DNA from: Octopus bimaculoides
Lineage: Eukaryota
Reading direction: 5' to 3'
NCBI RefSeq assembly: GCF_001194135.2
Contig: NC_069004.1
Location: 36,106,699-36,161,733, forward strand
Length of the DNA stretch: 55,035 bases
Numbering within the stretch: position 1 is the stretch's first letter; every line of letters starts with the position of its first letter. Below, piece after piece: positions 36,265-48,400 of this stretch. The notes beneath the pieces are model-generated. The model worked only from the letters and a program-made list of their open reading frames with translations, was not told the origin of the DNA and did no database searches. The translations under genes were made by a program, and so were the position numbers.

Positions 36265-39200
36265 CCACCAGCACAGGTGCCAGTTATGTAACATCAGTAT
36301 TGGTCATAACTACAATCTCACTTAGCTCGACAGGTCTTCTCAAGCAAGGTGATACACCTTGTCACTGCTTCCATGGGGCTGCCAGTACCGTGTGACTGGC
36401 CTTCATGCCGGCGGCACATAAAAGCACCCACTACACTCTCGGAGTGGTTGGCATTAGGAAGGGCATCCAGCTGTAGAAACTCTGCCAGATCAGATTGAGC
36501 CTAGTGCAGCCTTCTGGCTTGCCAGTCCTCAGTCAAATCATCCAACCCATGCTAGCATGGAAAGTGGACGTTAAACGATGATGATGATGATGTATGTATG
36601 TATATATATATACATACATACACACCACACACACACACGTCTTAATGTATATCTTCAAATAATATAAGCATTGGTAAAAATATTGATAAAATGAAGATCG
36701 GAAACAAAACTTTCTTGCATTTGTTTCACTCTAGCTTCACAGACAGTCTTTAGTCATTCTTGTCATAAATGTAGGAAACCAATGATTGACACACTGGAAA
36801 ACTATCAATAAATTGTTGTCTACAAAAAGAGATATAACCCCCTCCCACCCCTCACCAAAAGAAAATCTGTTTTTTGAAATATAATTTGAGTGAATCTTGT
36901 TCCTGACAAGAAACTGGTGTTTTCATTTACAGGTGACTGATTTAATTCTTAACAATGGAAGATATGATGATGGCTTAATGACCTGCAATTTCACACGAGA
37001 TAATGTTATGAACAATTCTAAAATCTTTGATATTGGACAAAAACAATGGTATTTATTGGTAGCTGCTGGACCAGTAAAAGACGGTACTTCTGGTTTGGTT
37101 TTCCATTTTTCTAATCTGACTATTTCATCTATATTCAAAGTTTCTTTTTGTCTTCATCACATGTATTTATTTACTTACTTGTATTTGTGGCAGTACTCAT
37201 CTGGGTAAGAGTTGCGGGTTGAGCTAACTTTGATCATTGAGTTCATCATGGGTCCTCATGGAGGCTGACCATATTTGACAGTTGGCTCTAATATTCCAAC
37301 AAGCAAAGCAATGCTTCTACCTGCGGCCCCACCCCCAAATTCAGCTTACACAAGAGGAGCAATCACATTGAATATCATGGATACAAAAGCCATAAACATC
37401 ATTTGTTGTTGAGTTGTAGAGTTCATGGTCGGAGTGTCAGTGAGAAGACAAGTTCACACGTGATTTGTGGTCATACAACTTCTGAAAGGGGATTTGCTAT
37501 GGCTTCAACAATTCCTTGGGGCTAAGAGAAAGAAGTTGACATATTAACTCTTTCTTCCCAGTGATGTCCTTAGCATCTGGCCCTCCTCTTAACAACTAAT
37601 TACTTAACAACATATATATGAATTCTGTAGGCATAGTTATTGTTTCACCATCCACATGGTTGTGTATACAACCAGCTCACACAATAAAAGACTAAATGGC
37701 TGGGTAGAAAGAAGTTTGCTTCAATCAACCATATGGTCTTGGGTTCAGTCCCTTGGGCGAGTGTGCTCAACCACAGCCCCAGGCCAACCAAAGCCTTGTG
37801 AGTGAATTTGGTAGAAGGAAAATGAAAGAAGCCCATAATATGTGTGTGTGTGTGTGTGTGTGTGTGTTGCTGAAAGTATATGGTACCTGTGGAAGAGGGG
37901 AAACTGAGGAAGACATGGGATGAAGTGGTGAGGACTGATCTTAGGGGCTCACAGAGGAAATGACAGTGGACCAAGATGTTTAACAATATGAGGTTCTAGA
38001 GAAGACCCGTCCACTGAACTTAGTACTAGCAGAGTTGTGTCCCACCCATGTCTAACAACACACTTTTCACCCACTCTATCCTAAGAAATCAAACTACAAC
38101 TCCTCTTCTAATTGCATCTTTCTCTTCCACACATTTCCTCTTCATAAATTATGATTGTTTTCCAATCCCCTTTCTTGCCCTCACTGCTCCCTACACCCCC
38201 CAACACCCTATTTTTCTAACCAGGTTCTACACTCGTATTCTTGTTACTTGTGAGTACACTCTATAGCACTACACCATCTCTCTTCTACTCTCTCTTACAC
38301 TTTTGCTGAAAGAGAGAGAGAATAGGGACACTCTCTCCTTTTCTTGTTTTTCCTCTGACTAGGTAACCAAGTATCTCCTTTACATCAGCACACTTGTTTC
38401 TGGCCTCTCTCTCTCTCTCTCTCTCTCACTGGGTAACCATGTACCTCCTCTATAGCAAGACACCTTTTTCTCTCTCTCTATTTCTAACCTTTCATCATCT
38501 GATACATGCCCTTGACATGTTTATTTCTGTTGAATATTGGAAATGAAGAACATTCATTTACAAGACAAGCAAAAACACACACACACACACACACACACAC
38601 AACAGGCTTCTTTCAATTTCCATCTGCCAAATTCATTCACAAAGCTTTGATTGTCCCTGGGACACTTATCTAAGATACCATTCTTTGGGATTGAACCTAG
38701 AACCATCTAGGTTGGGAATGCTTGTGCCTAAAGCAACTCATTTAAGCATCTGATATTTACATTGTCATATTCTATTGAATGCTCTGTTTTACTCAAGAAG
38801 AGTAAATAAACCACACCTTGATAAAAGTACCAGGATGTTGTGGTCATTACAGCTCTGACATGTTGACAAGTTGGCATTACTAATTATATTACACTAATTA
38901 AATTATGTGAACAACTGTCAATAAGTTGATTGGCTGGCCTAATGCATATATATATAAAAGATAATAAGAGTGAAAAAACTACAGAAGGCTTGTGTTACAT
39001 GGTTAAAGTATATATTTAAATTATGTCAGAAAAATGTAAGAAAAATGTTAGAAAAATGTTATAAAATCTTTTTGGTATATAAACATTGTATTTTGAGAAA
39101 TAACCGGTTTCGTGTTGTCTTTTCAAATTTCTCTACTTCATTTCTCTATTTCTATTCAGATATAAAAAGTGTTTTTTATGCAAAGGAAATGAAATCCTGC

Positions 39201-39387
39201 TTAAATCCTTCCTCTTGTCTTTTTTTTTGTGTTGTTTATTTNNNNNNNNNNNNNNNNNNNNNNNNNNNNNNNNNNNNNNNNNNNNNNNNNNNNNNNNNNN
39301 NNNNNNNNNNNNNNNNNNNNNNNNNNNNNNNNNNNNNNNNNNNNNNNNNNNNNNNNNNNNNNNNNNNNNNNNNNNNNNNNNNNNNNN

Positions 39388-39433
<46 letters not shown>

Positions 39434-42400
39434 GTGTGTGCGTGTGTGTGTGTATACACACACATCAAACTTATATATATGTATATAATTAATAATGTCC
39501 AATCCATACCAACATGGAAAACAAATGTTAAAGGATGATGATAATGATTAATAATAAAAGTGAAAGTAGTCAAAAGTAAAGGGGTTACCATTTCTCTATT
39601 TCTATTCAGATATAAAAAGTGTTTTTTATGCAAAGGAAATGAAATCCTGCTTAAATCCTTCCTCTTGTCTTTTTTTTTGTGTTGTTTATTTAGCTGTCTT
39701 AAGTCAATCTTTGTATATTGTACACCTTGTCATCTGCTTAACTTGGGAAGATGGCAAGGCATGTTATAAGTAAAAATTAGCTATTATTTCTTACGAGGGT
39801 GGATCTTTTGTACCAATTTGTGTCGCCCTTCTCCTTCGATTAGTTAATCTTTAATGTTTAATGTATTTCAGGATTTGTGAAACGAAAACACACCTTTACA
39901 GCTACAAGCAATAGTAGGATTGACTTCTTGAAACAAGATCTGGTGGTTTCTGAGGAATCTGAGATTTTGACTCATCTGCACGGTAGGGAGAGTTCTTTAC
40001 ATGTTGTTGTTGTTGTGTTCAATGCCCCGACAGGGTTGATAGAAGGTATTCAACTGTTCTATGAAATCAGTGTAAGTGGTTGAGTATTCCAGAGACATGT
40101 ATCCATTTTCATGTAATTCTCAGATGGAATCAACATGAGTCTGTGTAACAAAGTTGGATCTTTAAATTGCCGGTTCTGTCCTTTTAAGGGGTCTCCACCA
40201 TTGGGTCAACAAGGGCCCATGATGAAATTCACCATAGTGAAATTGAAACCTAGATTTTGTGATTGTGGAGCCAACTTGTTAACATGCAGCCCCTACATTC
40301 AATAATTCTGTATTGAAAGATGTTCCATCTGTGACCATCCTGTCAGAAAGATCCAGTGTACCCTTCTTTATTGTAGTTGTTTTTAGCACAACACCTTAGA
40401 AACAGACTTAACACCCAAAACATTCCAACCATGGCAATCATGTCTCTTCTTTTCCCAGATACACTTTACATGAGCAAACTGGAGACATTCTGAATAGCAT
40501 CCCTAACAAAATATTACCTTCCATTTTTCTCGTAGCCCCACCTCTTTCATGATGAGCCATGTCTTATGAGATCTGCTTCTCAAAAAATATTTCACCTTTG
40601 ACTCATCTTCACAAATTTCAATTAACGTGTTTTATTTTTTTAATTTTAATTTTTGCTAGAATTCAAATTTCCTCAAAGGTGGAGGTTTTTGTTGTTTTTA
40701 ACCTCAAGTTAGTTCCAATTTGGGAGCAAAACTGTTCTATGTTTACAAAAATGAAAATATCAACAAATTTTCCTCCTTTCTTTTTTTCATCAATTTTCCC
40801 TCTGTATTCTTTCTTTCTCTTTTTTATATATTATCTTCATTTTGCTCTTGTCAATTCTTTCACTAATTTCCTTCTTTATTTTTCCTTCATTTCCTTAGTC
40901 AAGTTTTTTTTCTTTCATTTTCATCCCATTTTAATCTATTCCATCCAACCTCTATTCTCTTCTTTATATTTATTTCATCCAACCTCTATTCCTTTCTATT
41001 TTACTTTGCTACATTCATTAGAATGTCTCACAAAATACTATTATTTCTTCCAACTCTTTACATTCTCAGTTCAAATCGCATCAAAATCAATTTTGCTTTT
41101 CATCCCTCCAGGGCCAATGAAGTACCAGTCACATTCTGTAGTTGATTTTATAGATTAACAGATTCTCTTCAAAATTGGTGGCTTTCTGCCTAAACTTCGA
41201 CCAAAGGTCTTCGACTTGATTCTATTCTATTTTCAGGTGTGTCCATGATTGTGGCTTGGGTATTCTTTGGTTCTGTTGGAATATTTGCTGCTCGTTATTC
41301 AAAATCAATTAACAAGAAACTCTGCAAGATTATGCTGTGGTTCCAGGTAAGAAAGGAACATGATCAGTCGTTGTTGTCATCATTACATATCTGCATCATT
41401 CATACAATTACCACCATCATAACCATTCCTGCTATCATCATCATCATCATTGCCATAACCACTGTCATTGACCTACAAGTTCTGATTTCAACTTATTTGG
41501 ACCTCATTCAAATGTTGCAATCAGAATCACATAAAATACCTTTGTTGTGTGTGTGTGTGGAGGGGGTCCCTAGCAGGTATGTGTGAGGGAGTGTTTGTGT
41601 GCATCTCGCATACTTCTCTCTGTGTCCATCTCTCTCACTTTTTTCTCCCTCTCTCTGTTTCTCTTTCTCCCCATCTTTCTTCCTCCCCCCTCTTTCTTTC
41701 ACACACACACAGACAATCACAAATATTTGTGTTCTTCTTTTGCAGCTCCACAGAACTTTCATGGTTCTAGCTATGTTGTTGACCATTCTAGGATTCATCT
41801 TGATCTTTATTCAGAATGAAGGTGAATACAGTGAAGTAAGTATCTCTGTGCCATATCTACAGACACTGGTTCATTGAGTAGTCTTTGGAACAACTGAATT
41901 TTTGTTAAGGTAGTGGAATCAAATTCACAAGCAAGGGAACTCAGTGGAAATGATCCAAATTTGCCTAGGGCTAAATAATCTCATGACAAACCGTCCAAGC
42001 CCTGTGGAGTCCCCTCATCTTAATCGGCTGTCAATGTTGAGTTTCTCTTTAAACTTTACTCCCCACCCCATAAGACTGAAACATGACCATATTTGTTAAT
42101 CCTAATAAATTTAGATGTTAGAATTACCTCCCTTGTCCTTCTTAACTAGAATTAATGGGTTTTGTTTTCTGTTTCCTCATTACAGACTATTTTTAATTAC
42201 TTGTTTTGGTCACTGGAATGTGACCAGACTGGAGTACTACCTTCAAATGTTTTAGTTGATCATATCAATCCCAGTACTTATTTTTAAGTCTGGCATTTAT
42301 TGATTTCTCTTTGGTGAACTGCTAAGTTAGAAGACATTAAACAGACTTTTTTTCAAAACAGCATTAATATATTCGCACACACACACACGATAGGCTTCTA

Positions 42401-45400
42401 TATAGTTTCCACATGCCAATTTCAACCACAATGCATTGGTCAGATAGAAAAGCTGCAAGTATAAGATATTTGGCCAAAATTCCCTGGAACTGAATGGGAA
42501 ATGATGAGGGTACCAAGTTAACCATTCAACCTCACAGTCATTGCTCTAGATTAATTTAGTATTTTCTGCTCACTACATTATATTGACCCCAGTTTTAATA
42601 TGTCTTTCTTTCTCTGCAGTTACACAGCACATCAGCAAAAGCTCACCCCATAATTGGAATCATTGTTACCATTTTCGTCATTGTCAACGTAAGTACATTG
42701 TATTATTAACTCATTTAATCAATCCCCCACCCTCCAACCTTTCTCTTCTTACATCTTTTACCCAATCCTTTCACTTCCTTCTTCCACCACTCTTGCCTCT
42801 TCCTCACCTCTCTCCCACTTGTAACTTCTATTTCCCTTCCACCCATGACCCACACCATAATGCTACTCACTCTATCCTCATCTTTACCAATTTCTATTTC
42901 AGCCCATCTTAGGCTATTTTAGACCAGGAAAAGATCATCCGAAGCGGATTTATTTTAACTGGGTCCACAGCATGATTGGCACCGTTTTGATGATTCTTGC
43001 TGGTAAATATTGCTGGTTCTCTTTGATTTTATTGAATTAAGAACATGATTTTAAATAGAGTAATATCAATTGTTGTAGAGAATAGATATTGATGTATTAT
43101 ACACATACACGCATATATATATGTGAGTGTGTGTGTGTGTATGGGGTGCATTTAAAAAGTACCCAGCCTTTGTGCATAGAAAAGACTAGTTTGTACATTT
43201 CACAAATTTTCTTTAATCCCCTTCAAAACACTCCTCTTGAGATTTTATGCACTTTTCCCAGTGGTTCTGCCACTTCTGGAACAACACCTTCTCCGGAATG
43301 ATATGGAGCTCCTCCATCACTTTCCTCTAGTTATTCAAATCGCTTCCTTTTCAGTTTGGAGAAGAGCCATAAGTCACATGGTGTCAAGTTGGGAGAGTAA
43401 AGAGTCTGTTGAACTGGTGTGTTGTTCACGACCAGAAAAACTTGGATTATGTGGGCAGAAATGAGCAGTGCCCAGGTGACACCAGGTGACCCAGGTGACA
43501 TTCGCCGGGTGTGTGACAGCCACGGTTTGGCTTTTTCATTACCTAAAGCTGGAACAGGCAATCTGCAGCCCATGGCACACCTAATAATACATTACCTTGT
43601 ATTATTTTTAGAAGTGTGGCTGACCTGACAATGAGTTATGACTCACTTCTCGAAAATGCTGGCCTGGCTTTACCTAGAATATGGAGTAACATGAGAGAAA
43701 TCAAATTGAACGCTGATTTTTGTGTCAGCTGTTTTGTATTGATATTACAAATATAACCATATTGAAACAACATACTGCTATTGCACATATAGCTATGTTG
43801 CTATGGTATAATTTCTGAGAGAGAGAGAAAGAGATGCAAGGAGAAATTTAGTGAGAAAGTGTACTAGATTAGATTAACTTAGTTCATTCATAGGTTTAAC
43901 ATTGGTTTTTCCTTACTAGCATGGGTTGGATGAATACCTGTTTGTGAGGAATGGTTTTTCAGCTGGGTGTTTTTCCTATCACCATTTTTTTTTTCAAGTA
44001 GATCTTCAACAATGTAGCTCTACTGACTTTCAGCTGAGTCTGTCAACAAATATCAGCAGAGTCTCTTTAGTACAACACCTTTCAAGTGAATTACACGGGT
44101 TCAATGTAATTGAATTCTTTTTTTCTGAATGAGAAACCCCTATCCAAGGTAAACTGGACAAAATGCTTAGTGTTCTGAGTTCAAATTCTGCCAAGATTGA
44201 CTTTGCCTCTCATCCTTCTAGAATTGTGTCTCAAGTAAAAAGGATTATTATTATTATTATTATTGTTGTTGTTGTTATAAGTATGTTGGGTTAACAGAAT
44301 CTTTATTGTGGTATTTCTTCAGGAAATGAATCCAAATTCCAGCAAGATTACGTTTGCCTTTCATTGTTCCAGGAAATAAAATCCTAGCCAAGTAATAGGG
44401 TTGATGGTCTTGAATAAGCTCTAAAAAATGCTGGCTTTGTATCTAAATCTCAAACTGCTAAAAATAATAATAATAATAATAATAATGATGATGATGATGG
44501 TTGCTCCTGTTGAGTGTTTCAAGGAAAAGATTAAAAAAAAAAAGAGGATTAAAACTAAAAGAAGCTGCAGTTATTTGCAATGGGTGCGTGAATGTAATTT
44601 GAGTCCAGATTTGGATTTTGCTACGAAGTCACAATGGAGACAAACATTGTTTGAGTTTGTCTGGAATTGGACAGATGTGTCTGTTGATTGCAGGATATAG
44701 TTTTTATATTTTTGTTTCTTCAACTCAAATTGTTTTGATGCAACATAATACATTTTAATAATAAAAATAATGCATCATGGTACATTTTAATAATAATGTT
44801 ATTGTTGTTATATCCTTGTCTTTGATCCTACAGATGTAACGATATTTATTGGAGTTTTGATGCACAGCAAGATGGAAGGTGTCAATAAAATGTACAAGGC
44901 TTTTGTCATTGAAATGAGTTTGTTTTTGGTCTACAAATTCGTTGCTGGTTGTGGAATGGAAATAATGGAATATTGTAACCAAGGTAACAACACTGATTCC
45001 TTTGCTTCTAAAATTAGAAAACATTTTCTCATAAATATATTTTCAGAAAGTATTTGAAAGTCACTGTTGCACATTTTTGACAGGCCATTCTGTGATTCAC
45101 TGTATTATCTGATGGGAAGACAAAGAAGTGTCTGGATCTTGAATCAGAGCAAATATCACAAAGGAACAATACTTTCAGTTTTCTAATTCATGTTCACAAC
45201 CTTTATCAATATATATCAACACACACATATATATATGTATGTGTGTGTGTGGAGTAGATGGAACAGGGACAACTGATGAAGGGATATACTCTTTATGTTG
45301 CATGTCTCGTTTCTTTGTTTGTTTTCTATGTTTTCGTCCTGTACCCATATATGCCTGTATGTATACATAGAGATGTAAGTATGTACATATATATATGGAT

Positions 45401-48400
45401 ATATGCATATATATATACCCATATATGCATGTATGTATACATATAGATGTAGGTATGTACATATATGTATGGATATATGCATATATATATATATTGGACC
45501 AGGTTTAGTCACAAAGTATGGCACCTTGGACAAGTCTCTTCTATCATTGCCTCAGGCTGACCAAAGCCTTGTCAGTGGATTTGGTAAATGGAAACTGAAG
45601 CACATACACTGTGTATGTGTGTGTGTGTGTGCCTCCTTATCTTGACGTTGCAGGGTAGTTAGAAGCGATTGTTGCAATTATACAATCAAAGTTATTTGTT
45701 TCCAGTCTTCTGTACCACCATGTCTGGCCATGGAGAAATATTACCTTCATTGGAAACCGGTAGGAAATGTACCTGGCTACAGAAAATGTACCTTTAACCC
45801 AAGCAAGTATGGACAAATGGATGTTAAAACGATTATATATATATATATATATATATANNNNNNNNNNNNNNNNNNNNNNNNNNNNNNNNNNNNNNNNNNN
45901 NNNNNNNNNNNNNNNNNNNNNNNNNNNNNNNNNNNNNNNNNNNNNNNNNNNNNNNNNNNNNNNNNNNNNNNNNNNNNNNNNNNNNNNNNNNNNNNNNNNN
46001 NNNNNNNNNNNNNNNNNNNNNNNNNNNNNNNNNNNNNNNNNNNNNNNNNNNNNNNNNNNNNNNNNNNNNNTGGCTGACCCCTAGGGGTGGATGTTACTGT
46101 TGCTTTTAGCCCCAAGAGGACATCTCCAGCTGGCTTATCGACACACTTCTGTGTCCTGTTTGTTTTGCCAAGGGAAGTTATCCCTCTCATCGTGATCTGT
46201 AGCACGAACGGACCCGGGTTTCAGGGTTATTTCCCTTCGTCAGTGTCCGATAGCCACCGATCTGGGATGACAGAGATAAATTCTTGGCAACCTTATGTAC
46301 CTTTTTCCAGTGAAATTCTTCACTGATATCGAAAAAGTGAAAACAAGCAATGTTAATTCTCTAAATTAGGTATTAACAGTAACTGCACGATAAAGTGAAG
46401 TATATTGCCACTTAAATGTGGCTGAATAATCAAGTTTTCTCATTTCTACTCTGATTAATTAATAATCCCACAAATCTTCACACACTTTGGGAATGAGGTA
46501 TTATTAAATCACACTCCCTCACATATAACTGAAACTATATTTTATCGACATCTCCAAGGTGGAAGATGTCGATAATGCTGGGATTTGAACTCAAAACCTG
46601 AAGGGACTTAAATACTTCAAGGTACCTTTTCCTGACACTGTAGCAGTTTAACCAAATCCATGAACTTGTTATTGATTTTGTTTTCCATATGTTATAGATG
46701 AGGAGAAGGCAGAAGAGGACAGTATTAAACAGACGTTTTGGAATAGACTAACAGGCAAATTTCCTTATGGTATTTAGTTACCTCCCTTTACATTATGAGT
46801 TCAAATCTTCTTGACCTCAATGATATAAAGTACCAGTCATGTACTGGGGTTGATATAACCAACTAACCCTTCCTCTGAAACTTTTGCCCCTCTACTTATC
46901 ATTGTCATCATCATTACTACCACCACCGCCATCATCACTATCACCACCACCACCTTCGTTTTATACTTCTCTTCCATGCTAACACCTGACTCACACGCTT
47001 CATTCTTGATATGGCTTCTGTGGCTGATTGCTCTTCTTATCATCAACCACTTTACAGAGTGAACTGGGTGAATGATAGTGTAAGTAGCAGTACTTGAGAG
47101 GTCATCATGTTCTCAACAAGACTACATGCTTCTCTTCGCCTTGCAATGTCTCCACTGGTTCACCAATCATTTAACAGTTTATCAGATGCAGATTATTCGG
47201 ACACCAACAGTGAAGGTTGTCATTCGTACCTCAATAGACTAGAGAGTTTCCACTTCTCTATGATGTGGTAGAGACTGGTAGAGAAGCTGATGCGTGAAGA
47301 AGAGTAGGGAAATTGGTTTCATGGCAGAAACAGAATGATTGGTATGGCTCTAGGAAGAATAAGTGATGACTGTGAAAAGCAAGGGCTTTAGAAAAAGAGG
47401 GATGGATGACTGGCAGGAAAGAAAGAGTGGTTGGCAGATGGATCCGGTTCTGCCTGGCACTTTAATACAGTGAACACAAGAAGCAACAAATTGTTATTAT
47501 TAAGATTGACAAGTTGTAACAATCATTAGCATGTCGGACAAAATAGTTAGAATGTAAACAGGGTCGATAAAATAAAGCAGCAATCAGAGATTGGGGTTGA
47601 TGCAATTGACTTACCTCCTCCCCTGAAATTGCTGGCCTTGTGCTAAAATTTGAAACCATTATTATTTTGGCAGAATCGTTAACATGCTGGCTGAAATGCT
47701 TAGCAGTATTTCGCCTGTTGCTCCGTTCTGAGTTGAAATTCAATTTTACCATTCGTGGTTGATGAAATAGGTACCAGTGAAACACTGGGGTTGATGTGAT
47801 TGACTAGTCCTGTTCCCACAATTTCAGGCCTTGTACCTTTAGTAGAAAAGGTTATTATTATTATAAGGTAGAGAGCTGGCAGCATTTCACCCGTTGCTAC
47901 GTTCTGAGTTCAAATTCCTCTGATGTTGGCTTTGCCTTTCATCCTTTCAGGGGTTGATAAACTAAGTACCAGTCAAGTACTGGGGGTCGATGTGATTGAC
48001 TTACCCATTCCCACAAATTTCAGGTCTTCTGCCTCTAGTAGAAAGTATTATTGTTGTTGTTATGACTATTATTATGGAAGCAGTGGGGTTGGCAGCAGCA
48101 TCAACGTGCCCAGTCTAAATGCTTAGTTGGCATTTTTTCCAGTCTTTTGTCTTGATGCCAGGGCCAACGTTGCTTTCCATTTTGTTTTTCAAAGTTGATA
48201 AAATTAGTTGAACAGTGGGGTTCAATCAACTAATCCCCCTCCCCACAAAGCTTCAGTCCTTGTGCTTATAATAGAAATTATTTTGATTATCATCATCATC
48301 ATTCTTTACTTACAGATAAAGTGTCTTCATATGAAATGAGTACACCTGGACAGAATAAGCCACCTGAACTTGAAGTTAATAAGGTCAGTGAGAAAAATGG

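Noticed and set aside
37084-37208. Open frame continuing past the exon 7 donor to a second donor at 37205
   Set aside because: That donor is phase 2 and incompatible with phase-1 exon 8, and the extension has no DOMON similarity
40559-41158. 199-aa Phe/Leu/Ile-rich ORF resembling a membrane protein
   Set aside because: T-rich intronic low-complexity sequence, which is naturally stop-poor; no motif and no splice support
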